From Haliotis rubra (taxonomy: Eukaryota): a DNA stretch of 64,000 nt. Shown piece after piece: positions 1 to 13,266 of the stretch. Made by a program: the position numbers and the translations under genes. How positions within the stretch are numbered: position 1 is the stretch's first letter; each line of letters opens with the position of its first letter. Location of the stretch: NCBI RefSeq assembly GCF_003918875.1, contig NW_025767155.1:1-64000 (forward strand). The letters are read 5' to 3'. Under the pieces are notes generated by a model that searched no databases, was not told the DNA's origin, and was given only the letters and a program-made list of their open reading frames with translations.

Positions 1-116
1 GAATGAGGTATACATGTTTTAAATAATCAGACAAATGCAGATGGTGAGTGCATTCACTGTAGGTAATCTGGTAGAGTGATTTCGTTTGCCTTCATCTGTG
101 GCAATGCAGAATTAGA

Positions 117-367
117 GGTGAAGGTGAAGTGGGTTTAACGTCGCACGTAAGAATATTTCGATCATATGACGACGTGCATACGTGTGTAGCTGCTTGTACT
201 AGCCCAGACTTAAGCTGGTTTTAGAGCGCTAGCCCACTGAGATACCACGCCGCAGTGAAGCATGAATACCCATTAAAGCCGAGCGCCAGGCAGGGACCAA
301 CAAGTACCATATTTTAACGTCTTTTGGTATGACGCGGTCGGGGATCGAACCCGCGACTTCCGCAGTC
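117..367 (-). mobile_element. tRNA-derived SINE (Meta-like family), 5'-truncated and internally deleted
   Basis: Minus-strand B-box GGTTCGATCCCC. 12-bp TSD tgcagaattaga at 105-116 and 368-379. Same family as 30490-30724. Confidence 0.8.
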
Positions 368-479
368 TGCAGAATTAGAACGCTGTATGTGCTATGTAAT
401 GTGTACATATTCGTAGCAAGCCATATCCCATCGTCATGCTTGTCTCCCTCTACAAATGATAAAAATCGTTGCTATTATA

Positions 480-1260
480 CCTTCTTCTAGCAGGTCAAGA
501 AGTATGATCTGACTGTTCTCACTGTTCTGTTTCTGCGCAGCAATAGCAAAGCCAGCTGCCGTATGAGGTCGACAATGTATTTCGCTGAAAATTTACCCAC
601 TGCTAGAAGAACAGCACATTAACATGAGATTATTCATCGTCTATTTATGTACACCATTTGACAGTCCAAACATTGTATGGAAACTAGACAGTCATCCACG
701 AAGTTAGTTTAAAATGTATCCACTGTTTTGAATGACATATGACCATTAGACAGTGACTGTCGTATGTTGATTAGTATGCTGGCACATCATCGTTTGATGT
801 TATCATGCTACTGGTATCTGTCTCCAGGTGCTCCGTGGAGATTCATCAGCATAGACGTGTAGATTTAACTGCCTGATCACTCTCTGTATGGTTATCAGCA
901 GTCCAGAGATGCATCCGAACCTCTCGTCACTCAGCTCGCTAGTTAGTTCTGTGCAGGTAATCTTGTCAGCATATAACAGACTACGATAAAATGGATGTAT
1001 GTCAAAGAAAATCATTTCATTTCGTTTTATACATTCCAGATGTTAAAACAATCAAACACTATCAATGCCACTATCAACCCTAGTGAACAATTCACTCGGG
1101 CGCAATATCCCATAGATGTGATTGTAGGTTCCAGGAATGTAGTATACCTACACAGTTTGCATTTTCCTCTTTACAGCAAGATGATAACAATAATAACAGA
1201 CACGCTGTCCACAGCGACCATAAAGTTCCTCATGAAGTCAGCTTGGCGGTCTATTGTCAT
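480..1260 (+). pseudogene. Probable decayed ankyrin-repeat fragment (duplicate at ~33290-34090)
   Basis: ORF 995-1306 contains a weak ankyrin-like QYPIDVIVGSRNVVYL. Its duplicate lies between recognisable array blocks. Weak on its own. Confidence 0.3.
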
Positions 1261-1327
1261 CAGAAGTGTCTCGGAGAATGAACAATCATCTAGAGAAAGA
1301 GACTAGCACAGAGACCGGCATTCATTA

Positions 1328-1358
1328 GTTCGTTCGTTCGTTCGTTCGTTCGTTCATT
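1328..1358. repeat. (TTCG)n microsatellite
   Basis: gttcgttcgttcgttcgttcgttcgttc. Confidence 0.9.
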
Positions 1359-2164
1359 CTTTGATAGGAAGTATATTCTCCCTTGCCATTGTCTTTTGTT
1401 CTTATACACTTATTCGACTATTATAAGTTTACAAGTTGACATGCTAAAATAGATAACCATCTATCGAAATATGTGAATGAAGGAATCTAAACGTTAGTTT
1501 TAACCTATGTTCTTCTTCATCATCAGTTAAGTGTGACCTGTATAAATGCATACCTCTTAGTCAAGGAGCTTATGGGATTCCGTGAAAGTTTTTGATGAAA
1601 GCAAATTATATATTCTTTTGTGTTTATATGTTAAAGGAGTTTCAAAAAATGTTTGGTTCCAATCTGAATATTGATGCGAAAACCTATTTTTAGCTCAAAA
1701 TCCAAGATGGCCGCCAAAATTTAACCGTGAACTGAAAAAGTTGCAAAAACTCGGAACAAAACAATGTTTTTAATATCAATACCATGCATATTTGGTTACG
1801 GAATATATTTCTCATATGCTGTAAGTCACCAGATCTTTTTAGTTTGACTTTAGTCTTAAATTTACATTAAAGAGTCATTTTTAGCTCTAAAAGTTATAAT
1901 GATGAATAAAACCCCCATTTCTTCACAAGGCATATATTTTGTTTAGAACTAGTATAATATGAAAAAGGAATATACTTTTTACCCTGTTTATCAACTATAG
2001 AAGAGGTCTTTACATGAAACTGCGACCCAGAAATATACTCTTCTAAAAAAGAAACGTACAGGCCATTTTTTAGAAGAATTTCTTGCATTAGTTTAAGAGC
2101 TATTATTTCATGTAATCCCAATGGTAAAAAGGTGAAAATTCAAACGTCTATAGACAAAGCCTTA

Positions 2165-2285
2165 ACTGTTGTGTTTCTGTTTGCTTGAGTCCACAAGATG
2201 GCGTCAAAGTCAGTTCTTTGTATGGACACCATTGGCAGCAATTACTGCCCGGCACCGTCTCGGCACACACTGGATAAGTTGATTT
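2165..2285 (-). mobile_element. Tc1 transposase 3' fragment (different family from 6418-7913)
   Basis: Minus strand reads LIQCVPRRCRAVIAANGVHTKN*, matching the Tc1 C-terminus LI.SM.RRC.AVI.A.GG.T.Y. Confidence 0.75.
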
Positions 2286-2289
2286 GAAG

Positions 2290-4780
2290 TAGCTCTTATC
2301 ATTGTAGGCGACTTCAATTTACATTTTGACAACAAGGATAACCATGACACTAAACGAATAATTAATCTCAATGACTGAGACAAGTGTCTGAGGCAAGCCA
2401 CAGAGGTGGACACACTCTGGACTGGATAGTTACCCGTGCTTCAGACGCGTGTGTCAGTTGTGTACCTGTATAGGATCTACAGCTCTCTGACCATTTCCAT
2501 ATCTTTGTGAGCTTGGACCTCTCAATGACCAGTCCAAATGTGAAGATTACTCGCTGTAGGAACATGCGCTCCCTAGATATGGATACTTTTAAAGACAATT
2601 TGCTAAACTCAGACCTTATACTTGAGCCACCATCTGATGCTGAGAGTCTCGTTCTGCTATACAATAGAGTTATATCTGAGCTGCTTTAGAGACAAACTTG
2701 CACCAGTGAAGGACAGAGTCATACCAGTCACTAAAACATCTGCTTGGGACTTCACACCTGAAGTTCGACAAGCGAAAAAAAAAGACAATGATGAAATACA
2801 ATCTTTCCTGGAGATTCATCGCCAAATGTATATTTCAGCCAAAAATCACTCGACAACGGTGATAAGACAAATTAACATCTCAATTCTAAGATTGAAGCCA
2901 ACGAGTCATGTCCAAAGTTGCTGTTCAAACTTTTGCTCAGTATCTTGAGTAAACACTTTGAATCGACACTTCCGACATCTGACGACAATGAAGTAATACC
3001 AGAGACATTTTCGGATTATTTCTACAAAAAGCTCCAAGAGCATTCATAACAAGATTTCGTCTTCTGCGGCTGTGGATGAAGCTGATATTCCTCCAAAAAT
3101 GTTTGATGGCACGCATCTTACTCATATTGATAGTTTCACTGATATTTACCAACATTAGTGCTGATTATTAACTCTTCTTAGCCAAAAGGGCTCAAAATAC
3201 TACTATAATGTTTTATTAGTCAGGGCTCCAGATAAGGTCTGTATCGATGTATGTACGGATATAAAATAAGCACGATACGGTAGGAAATAATTTAGAAAAC
3301 GTAGCAGATACGCACCACAGCAGTGGTGTACGGTCTTAGAATCATTTACAGACGTATTTATCTGAAAATGTATTGTTTTATTGATTATTGCAATATTGTG
3401 GTGCATATATGAAACGAAATACAAGATTACTGATACTCCTTTAAATCCCATTCAGTACTCTAAATGTACTCTTAAAGTTTTCCAGTACTCCTGTATTGAA
3501 AAAATAAGGAGTACGTACTCCTGATGTTGAAAAATTATCTGGAGCCCTGCAGTTCTACTTCATCTGGTTATGTCCCAAGTGTACTCAAGTCAGCTCTAGT
3601 TAGGCCACATCTGAAGAAATCAAGCCTTGATTAGGAGGATAAAAAAACGAAACAGGCCTGTTTCAAACTTAGCATTTATATCCAAACTCATTGAACGTGC
3701 AGTCTCCAGTCGTATCATGGGCCACCTTTCCTGGCATAACCTCTATGAGGTGTTTCTATCAGCCTGCAGAGAGCACACCACAGCACAGAGACGGCTCTGC
3801 TGAAGATCCCGAATGACCTACGATGTGGTATTGACAAAGGACAAGTGGCCCTGCACACACATTTGGCCTAAGCAGTGCCTTTGACACGATTGATCACCAG
3901 AGACTACTCAAAAGACTTCATACAGAACTTGGATTCAGCTTTATCCTGGCTGGCATCTTATCTACAGGACAGGACTCAAACCGTTGTTGTTGGTGAGTCT
4001 GTGTCAACGGCATCTAGGCTTGAGTGCGGAGTCCCGTGCTTGGTCCGATCCTCTTCACCCTCTACACTGTTCCACTTGGCTCTGTTGTAGCAATCCTTAA
4101 TCTTGACCACTTCTACGCAGATGACACGCAGCTGTGGAAGTTATTTCAACCAAACACAGAGTCAGCTATAGAGCGTCTCTCTGTCAGACATCAGACTGTT
4201 GCCAGAAGATATTTATGGATGTCATCAAATGCCTTGAAATTAAATTAAGAGAAAACAGAGTCCATTCTTCTGTGACCGGCTGGAAAACGCAAGCAGTGTT
4301 GTCATCGATCAAGATCTAAGTATGGCAGAACACGTCAAGTATGTTACTAAAACCTGCTACTTCCATCTCCACAATATCAGCAAGGCCAGACCGTTCTGAC
4401 CAAAGATGCCTCCAAAACTCTCCGCCTCAGCATAGTCACATCTCGTATGGTCTACTGTAACAGCCTTTGGCCCGATCTCCATCTTGTGTCACTGACCAAC
4501 TCAAATGCATACAGAATTTAGCTGCTCGCAATACCTCCCAGATCTCCAGAAAAAAGCGCATCACATCTAAAGGACCGTCATTGGATGCCCGTGAAACACA
4601 GAATCTCCTTCAAACTATTCTGTCTCACATACCAGTGCATGACTAACACGGCTCCAGTCTAACTCTCAGATCTTCTTCAGGTTTATGCACCATCTAGATC
4701 TCTCAGATCAGGGAATCAACACCTTCTTGTTATCCCCAAAGTCAATCAAGCTAAATATGGACACCGTACGTGTCTTCTCC
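2290..4780 (+). mobile_element. Decayed L2-clade LINE ORF2 (APE endonuclease end plus reverse transcriptase)
   Basis: Across many frameshifts: LIIVGDFNLHFD, GHTLDWIVTR, LSDH, RPVSNLAFISKLIERAV, STETALLK, SSAFDTIDH, SYLQDRTQTV, VLGPILFTLY, HFYADDTQL, WMSSNALKLN, and L2-type HWMPVKHRISFK. Confidence 0.9.
3221..3549. mobile_element. MITE with 15-bp TIRs (hAT-like CAGGG ends) nested in the L2 relic
   Basis: cagggctccagataa at 3221 and ttatctggagccctg ending at 3549. No clean TSD seen. Confidence 0.75.
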
Positions 4781-6417
4781 TATCCTTCTGATAAAAAAAA
4801 TTCTCCCCACATTTATTTGTATATCGTTTTTTTCAAAGATTATAACCATTTAAGAAAGTTATTCGATCTGATGACTTGAAAATTATTTCAAGGGATTTAA
4901 TTGAGAGAGTGTGAAGCAGAAAATAGTGTTTTCTCCCCATCATGTCATTATATTCTTATCTATTTTCAAAGAACTCTGCTTTTAGAAGAAAAACTTCAAG
5001 CGTAAGAATAAGAAATTGATAAATCATAATCTGATATTGACATACTACATTTTGAAATATGGACTGCTCCCTTACTGACAGTCTCACCAAACAAAATTTT
5101 ACATCTCTTTTTTGTTTCATACGTAACTGTTCTTTAATAACTTGATTTACATTGAGTTGATGAAATGAAGCAATTATATACTTACAAAATGCACAAAACC
5201 TACATCTGCTTAAATTCGTCTGCTAGCTGCCATTTTGAGAGAGAGAGTGTTCATTATATATAATTTTTATTTTTTTAATTTAAAAATATATATTTTAGGG
5301 TTTTCTTTTAATAAAATATTTCATGCAATAGAGAAACACACTTGGATAAAGTTAATAACCTCAAACTCAACTCTCCCATTATGACCTTCTGACCTTTTAG
5401 CAACCTTTTCCACAACCACTTTGTACAGTGCTCAAAAGTACTATTTGCACCATATTTCAACTTGGAACCAAACTTTTTATTTAACTAGCATGTCTGATGA
5501 ATACAAAAAACACAATGTCTTGCTTTCATCACAAAACTTCCACGGGACTTGAATTCTGTACCCATCCTACCAGACTATCTTAGCCATATGATACCAGGTT
5601 GATAACTACAGCGACAAAACCATTTCCATAAAGGATTACTGCTAACATTATTATCAGATTGTATTGATACCAGATGCTCAGAAAAAGGTTAACTTGTATC
5701 CTTCCCAAGTCCGTTGTGATACAATAAGACAGCAAGAGGAGTTCTCTCACATCGGAACACGTCGCACATGTCTGTAGAAAAACACCCTAATGCCCCAATG
5801 ATAGGACGATGAGATTTCAACAGATTACTGAGAGGCTGGAATAGGTGACAGGTGCCGGTCACCCACCACAAATATTGTCTGTATCAATGAATGTCTGTTA
5901 TAACAGTTTGTCCTCGGAAAGCCAACCAAGCTGGACCAGGATTATGTTAACAATTCAATGATACCATCTGAATCCGATTAGGATCCCGCCAGATTCATAT
6001 TGCCCTCACCAAAAGGACCAGTCAAATTCCATCAGAAGCTGAAAATAGTCCATGGATTTGCGAAATAGCAGAAAGTCTTTTGCTGGATGTGTTATTCAAT
6101 AAACAAGACATGAGACTAGATTGCGAACTGGACGGAGAGTAACCCTCATGCCGACAGATTTAAATGGATGTAGAATACACTGACGTGGTGCTGTCTTAGT
6201 ATCATTTATTTGATCAGAGCCTGCGCGTCCCTTTCAGTGAAATGTACATAAATGAGACAAAATCTTTCTATTTTCATAAGAAATCGGTGCTAAAAGCATT
6301 CCGACTATATCATATATTCATGAATTACTATCAGCTGTGAAGGGACTAGTATGTGATTTGACGCATATTCTCTTCCCAACCAAACCGCCATCTTGAGGCT
6401 CAGAAATGATATAAATA

Positions 6418-7913
6418 TACTAGGCACATAAAGAAACTGTGCATACAAATATTTAAAATCTAAATTTATCCAACCTGTGTAGACACATAAGGATTTAAAC
6501 TCAGAGATTAGTGACATGTATCCAACATGCATGCACGTGCCACGTTCCGTGACGTCAGTGGGTTCGTCCTTGAGACGTGCAATACGTTGTTGCACGTGCA
6601 TTCCGGGAAAGAGAAACAGAGCAAATGAATGCCACACAATACTGTCACTTTCGAAAGCTCAACCTCTGCCCTTGCGATCGTTCAAAAAATTAAACGGCTA
6701 TTGAAACGCATAGCATGCCAAGGCTCACGTCTGCACAACGTCATGAGGCCATTGGGATGGTCCGTGGGGGAATGTCTCAACGACAAGTGGCTGCACATTT
6801 CCACTGCCACCGGAACACCATTTCTGCACTGGTGAGACGCTACCAGAACACAAATGACGTCATCGATCGGCCACGTTCTGGATATCAAGACAGGACATAT
6901 GGATAAGGGTGACCCATCTTCGCCACAGGTTTCAGACTGCAGTGATGACTGCCCGAACCATCCCAGGACTTCGCCATATCCACCCCAACACAGTTCGACA
7001 ACGTTTACGTCATCACGGGATCAGACCACGACGTTCCGCCATACGGCCTATCCTGACACAACGTCAGCGACAAGCTCGCCGAATGTGGTTCCGAAATCAT
7101 GTCCGCAGACCCTTGTTTTGGTAGAGAAATGTTGTTTTTACAGATGAGTCCAGGTTTAACATTTCCCATAGTGATGGACGTCAACGTGCCTATAGACGCG
7201 TGGGAGAACGTTATGCACAGGCCTGTGTCTTGGAGAGGAATCGCTTTGGTGGTGGTTCGGTGATGATTTGGGCTGGAATAACAGCACGCCAAAGAACTCC
7301 TTTGGTGATTGTTCAGGGCAACTTAACTGGTGTGGGCTACAGGGATCAGATTCTTCGACCTGTTGCAATTCCTTTTCTGCAACGTCATTGCCCTGGGTTA
7401 ACATTCCAACAGGACAATGCCCACCCTCATAAGGCAAGGGTTGCTTTGGATTTTTTGCAACACCACAACGTTGACTTACTGCCTTGGCCTGCAAATTCAC
7501 CGGATCTCTCCCCGATAGAGCATGTTCGGGACGAGATGGATCGACGTCTACGCCGTCTTCCTCATCCGCCAGATAACGTCCTTGACCTTGCAACAGAACT
7601 TGAGAGAATCTGGCGTGACATCCCACAAGCCTTCCTTGCACGTTTGATAGGTTCTATGCGTCGTCGATGCACTGCTGTTCTCAATGCCGATGGTGGACAT
7701 ACCCGTTATTGAGTTTGTGACATGTTCGTTTGACCCCTGTCCCGCTTGTGGACTCGTGACGTCATTGTGATTGACTTTTCAATTGAAATTCTCCCGACTT
7801 GTTATGGTCTCATGATCCCTCCATTAAAGTTTATATGTACCTTTGGCATTGTTATCGTCCTTATCAACTGGGATAATATTTTGACAATGCACAGTTTCTT
7901 TATGTGGCTAGTG
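6418..7913 (+). mobile_element. Full-length defective Tc1-family transposon (DD34E)
   Basis: 27-bp TIRs (tactaggcacataaagaaactgtgcat / atgcacagtttctttatgtggctagtg, 2 mismatches) flanked by TA. Confidence 0.95.
6715..7712 (+). pseudogene. Tc1 transposase pseudogene
   Basis: HTH N-terminus MPRLTSAQRHEAIGM...DRPRSG, then FTDESRF, FQQDNA, WPANSPDLSPIEH with 34 residues between D and E. Deletion plus frameshift near 6885-6900 and a TAG at 7122-7124 (TGG in copy 2). Confidence 0.95.
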
Positions 7914-9843
7914 TAGATATACATCAACAATATCACCATATATGAGCTTTACACATTGTACCCACTTTAATGAGACACAATGGACTGATATACAGGTTGT
8001 GCTCGTATAATGTTTTGTCATGAGCTGTAAATAGAGACATTAAACCGACAGCCACAAAGAATCACTGGCAGGAGCAGAGTCGAATGTACGAATCCATCTA
8101 TATCCACATATGCTTATGAATCAATATCACAGAGGTACGATAGCAGGGCTTCACAAAAAGATGATCGTATCCTGCCAAAACAATGACATCCGTCACAAAC
8201 ACATACAAAAGCAAGGCAATTATTTACCTGAAATGAACAAGGAAACTAGTTTGCAAGTAAAATAGAGAATTGCATTTGGCAATTGCCCTTCTCATGCCTT
8301 TAATGTTGTAACCTTGATGAAAACCTTTTTAGCGGTTTGCTGAATATTTAATAGAAAGATATCAGAGATAATTTTATTTCAGTATTAAGACCTAAGGTCC
8401 ACGTACAAACAGTTCAATGGACATTTTAAAGATGCTTTCCCAAAGAAATGCATATTATAGGTGAACTACAGTAATGACACTCGGAGATCGATAGCTTCTT
8501 TGATAAACATTGCTAGATTCTTCAGGAGAGTTACATCAGTTGATTGGAGCATATTTATCACAGTATGTTTACAACTTATAAACGGAGAAATAATGTTTAA
8601 ATATATGAGAATCTGTACATTCATCTCTCAAAAATGGATACAAGAATACAAAATGATTTATACCTGTTTGGACCTAAACGGAGAGTCCTGCCAATGCTAG
8701 TATTTATTCCTGTATTGTAAACAATGTCTTATTCGCCGATTCTAATCAAAGTGAGCAGATTTGTATTCTATTTTGATAGCATGTTCAAACGGAACGGTTC
8801 AAATGTTATAGATGTCTTACACAGAGTAAATCCAGTTTTGAAACATCTGAACACCACGTTTTGGCATTGCAGTCCTGCAGCCGACACCGGAATATTTTAA
8901 TAGAATCTTTTAAACCACATCTGGAGATTCCAGTCCACTCCTAGCCAAATAAAAACAAGATAGTTTCTATATCAGCACTCTATATCCAAATACATTTGTC
9001 TAATCTGACTGATATAGGATATTTTTCTGTTTTCATATCAAGTAACGTTAAACCAGCACTTCAAACATTTATCATACGTATCTACATGAATTCCGTTACA
9101 ACTGCATTCGCCTCAAATTGCGATATTTGTAGCCTTTAAACCTACTCCAAACACAAACTCGCAGAATTCAGGTAGGAAATGCTCAAGAAGAAAAACACTT
9201 GTGAACTCCCCAGATTTCACAGCCGTAAGAATTGATAGGCTTTACCTGAAAATCAAACATTCAAAACAAGACTTTCGGAAAATATTATGAACATGATAAA
9301 TTCATCCTATAATGGTAGCAACGGCCTTAATAGTTTTCAATGGTAATGTCTGTTCAGATTTTGACCAACATAATTTATTCGGAAACAATATTGAAAGATT
9401 ACTACATGTACACACCTTAACGTCACCGAGCTCCCAGTTTGCAAACTTTCCCCAATTTACCACCGTTTCTAAATATCAAAAGTTTATCTTTGAGGACCGC
9501 ATTTATTGTAATTCAAGAAGGGTATCAACAAACATGCAGAAATATGCAAATATCATCGGCATACAAAAGTTAAAAGTGGTCCATCAAATTCTGATGCACT
9601 GATTTGTAAATTTTATTATGAAAACAAAGGCGGACTGAAAATACACCCTTGTCGGACTCCACTGTAATAATTAATTTAATCCGACAAAAACGGTTCATAA
9701 GAAATCTCTACTCAAAGAAGAGTCATTGTAAGAGTCCAACTATATCATATTCATGTGTTTGACTTTCCCTGAGTTGCGAGAAAGCCCTGATGTGAAACTG
9801 CATGACCCAAGTTCGAAACTAAACTCCACCCGATCATGGCCTG

Positions 9844-9844
<1 letters not shown>

Positions 9845-9877
<33 letters not shown>

Positions 9878-9918
9878 GAAAAAAAACAAAACCCACCCCC
9901 ACACACACACACACACAC
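9845..9918. repeat. Interrupted (CA)n microsatellite
   Basis: Two CA runs. The equivalent site in copy 2 is the N gap. Confidence 0.9.
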
Positions 9919-11012
9919 CCCCCCCCCTTCCCCACAGTGGTAACTGGTTTCATCATGGAGGTAACGTTCCACAAGCAGAGTCACGTTGGCTATCTGATAT
10001 GATATGACACGATAAAATGACAGAAATATAGTCTTTCCAAAATCATAAACAATTCTAAAAGCAGAATTCCCTGCACGTCTCCGACTATATTATAGACATG
10101 ACTTAATCAATATCAAATAGTGATGGTACAAGTCGATCCAGAAATACTGTTTCAAGCAGAGCCAAAAAGAAACATTCGTACGCTTGCGTGTTACGTGTAT
10201 ACATATTTATATTTTGTTTAACGTCCACTAGTAACACATGCTTCCACACTTTATAACGTGTACATAACGGTAGATATGTCGCTAACAGTACTGGAATCGT
10301 GTTTCCAAATGTTTGAATTCACAGGGCATTACATTCATCCGACATCAGTAATTGAGAAACGGACCCGTTAACGCACTTCACATATCTTCAAGTTCAAGAC
10401 CATTAATTTTGACAAAACTTTTTATAAATATCAAAGCGGAAACTCCTCTATAGTTGGTCAGGTCAAGATGTTGTAAAGTGGATCAGAGAGGTCGTTATAA
10501 GCCTTAGCCAACTGTAGAGGTCATTGAAGAATTGGGATATTGATGGCGTAGTGCTTATGACTCAATTACATTTTAATAGATGTAGCTTGTGGAGCTTGTC
10601 GCGATATCTGCCCTCTCCAATAAATCAATAACCCTAGTGACAGAGTTATGTAGGTAGGTCTGGACTTCCTGTCAACCAATAAGTTGACTGACACGGCGAC
10701 CTCGCCACACTTAGGTCTGGTTTATGTCGGCTTCTTCAGTGAAAAACAATATAATATGGAGGACGATGAACACATACTGTATACTCGGTCATTGTATCTG
10801 CAGTGAGAACCTACACATGTCAGCTGCAGAGGTCTATATAAATGACTGAAAACCATGTCGTGGCATATGCTACAACTATGGTAAGTCCACGTTGACATAT
10901 GGGATTCTAAGGATATAATTCGCGCTTCTATATGTTAATGGATGAGTACATGCAGACAGACAGACGGACGGACAGGCAGGTAGGTAGGCAGACAGGCAGG
11001 CAGTTAGATATT

Positions 11013-11205
11013 TTAAAGTCACATCGGCAGTTATTCAGCCATACCGTGAGAATGAAGGCTATATTTTCAAAACAGAACCTCAAACAGTAAACTAACTACA
11101 CTATCACAGATTTACACTTAGAACTAGCCTATAACCAGAAAACGATATTACCATTCACAACAGCACAATATGAAAACGGACAGTAGATCGCCAGCAGCTG
11201 AATCA
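11013..11205 (-). mobile_element. Old 3'UTR fragment of the Nimb/I-type LINE (duplicate ~40490-40700)
   Basis: gtcacatcggcagttattcagccata...tagatcgccagcagctgaa resembles 37079-37280. Confidence 0.6.
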
Positions 11206-11622
11206 GGTGCAAGAATATCTTGCACTAAAAACCAGGATAAGCCTTGTAACGGGATATAATAGGATCACAGTCCGACCTGTTTAATATGTCCATTATCAAC
11301 AGACTCATTTCCTTTGTATGCCCTACAGGCCCAGAACGCGGAAATAGTTCATCACATATTGATGGTACTGTTGTCCTCCCATCTGGAGAATGGCTTTTCA
11401 ATATTTTTTCGGAAACGTTTCGACCGTGGTCATGACACAGCTAATCAAACGATGTCGTAAGATCGGCTCAATCCATTTATGTTTTAACTACATAAAGCAC
11501 TTAGTCCGGTACATCCACAAGAGCACTGAAGAATAATGTTCAGGGTTATGAAAATAACGTTGTTCTCCGTCCACATGAACAGTTACCGACTAGCATGGAT
11601 TTGTTCGGTTAATGGTGGTTGA

Positions 11623-11869
11623 AGAGTGAGTGAGTGAGTTTAGTTTTACGCCATACTCAGCAATATTCCAGCTACATGGCGGCTGTCTGTAAATAATCGA
11701 GTCTGGACCACACAATCCAGTGATCAACAGCATGAGCATCGATGTACGCATTTGGGATGCGATGACATGTATCAAATAAATCTGCGAGCCTGGACACCCG
11801 ATCCCGTTAGTCGCCTATTACGACAAGCATGGGTTACTGAAGATCCCTTCTAACCCGGATCTTCACGGG
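11623..11869 (-). mobile_element. V-domain SINE
   Basis: ccgttagtcgcctattacgacaagcatggg is the reverse complement of the V core. (GAGT)n tail. Same family as 31261-31531. Confidence 0.85.
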
Positions 11870-13103
11870 TTAGTGCTTGAAGAACATAACAATAGACATG
11901 TAATATAACCTACATTCTACCACTAATTCCTGTCTGTGTCATGCGGATAACTGACTAGCCTTTGCATGTTTTCGTGACAGTTGCCAACACCGTCGCAGGA
12001 TGCACTGACTTTTTCCCATCCACCTAGTACTTTTTGATATTGATTAATTCATACATGACCATTGTATAATCGGAATCGTTTAATGGCCTCAGCTTTTGGC
12101 AGTGAAATGCTTCCAATATAGAAATTGTTTTGTGGTCTTATAAGTTTATGTGTATGGAACTGACAATAGATTTGAGTACAAAAGATCCATACAGATTTAC
12201 TTACTGGCGCCTGTCGCATGTTACACCAAACTTCATCTAAAATAAAAAACACTTTCCTGTTCTTCATCCAATAAACGTTCTTGAAGGAAGGTAAAATGCA
12301 AAACGTGGATGCTGGTCTCGCAGTATAATACAATATGGCAACAATATGATTAAGTCCAGTCTGTGTAAGATAGATCAGTGCTTGGGGGTATATTGATCCA
12401 CGTCGTGGAAGTAGGATGATGCACAATAATAACAATAAATGAATATCTATATTGCTGTTCATTCAAGTACTAGGGCATTTTATAACTGCACAGATATTAC
12501 CTTGGTCAGCGGATCAGTGTGTGCTCAGATTACAGTCTTATCATCCCGCAACACATGCTGCAGTGATGGAGCTGGAAGTTGAAGATTCACATTACCGTCG
12601 CTGCTTACCCAAGATTCAAACAACGTCAAACCACGTGTGTTTGATCTGTTCTTCAGTGTGAGGCAGGACTTTTAAAAGGTCTGGAGTGCGAAGCACGGAC
12701 ATCTATCCGTCTACTCTCCTCCATAAGCAATGGTTATAATGATAACTTCGCCCGACTTGTGCTCTGTCAGCCGACCACAGTCTCCGAGACCCTGGTAACT
12801 TGGAAAAGGAGTCCAACCTAAGTCTAGGATGATTGTGCACGTCTAGACTGCCTCGTCCCGGAGCGGGTCTTCACGCCAGGAACATTCGGCACTCGGCTCG
12901 GTGCGCGATTTGTAAAAATTACCATTACTGGCACCGTTTCGACCTATTTCAATCCACCTAGCATAAATACGCCTGCTGTCTTTTAAACTTCACCAATGAG
13001 TTTGGACTTTAGATCTACCACCTGAGAGCAAAACAATTGAGCTCTAATTGAGAAGCCTGAAATTCAGGACTGACATGGGTTGTTTTTGCATTTTTAGAAT
13101 ATG

Positions 13104-13266
13104 TACGACTGACTGACTGACTGAGTTTGGTTTTACGCCGCTTTTAGCAATATTCCAGCAACATCACGGCGGGGGGACACCAGAAATGGGCTTCACACAT
13201 TGTGCCCATGTGGGGATTCGAACCCGGGTCTTCGGCGTGACGAGCCAACGCTTTAACCATTAGGCT
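13104..13266 (-). mobile_element. Short tRNA-derived SINE; no TSD, associated with a target deletion
   Basis: Minus-strand B-box GGTTCGAATCCC, (GACT)n tail. Stands in place of ~42607-43019 of copy 2. Confidence 0.85.

Larger units (their letters stand above)
1558..5577. mobile_element. Non-autonomous DNA transposon, Academ-like, 4020 bp, with nested cargo
   Basis: Termini TAGTC...GACTA. 3-bp TSD TCT at 1555-1557 and 5578-5580. Imperfect ~140-bp TIRs (ccgtgaaagtttttgatgaaagcaa vs ttgctttcatcacaaaacttccacgg; tttggttccaa vs ttggaaccaaa). Precise empty site cctcttagcc at ~34260-34269. TAG ends and 3-4 bp TSDs are characteristic of Academ. Confidence 0.7.
5590..9800 (+). pseudogene. Ankyrin-repeat pseudogene unit U1, interrupted by Tc1 (duplicate ~34270-39200)
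   Basis: 5735-6060 aligns to 16235-16560 and 26655-26945. 9130-9520 aligns to 29615-29960 (aaacctactccaa; tttaccaccg). ORF 9312 has DQHNLFGNNIERLLH. Confidence 0.5.

Noticed and set aside
7156-7641. 161-aa minus-strand ORF
   Set aside because: Antisense shadow of the Tc1 transposase.
12049-12462. Minus-strand 137-aa ORF with KVFFILDEVW, like an NB-ARC Walker B
   Set aside because: No Walker A upstream, the motif is not kept in the paralogous block (~50090 reads VSLEDMKVWCN), and the + strand here is ankyrin-like.
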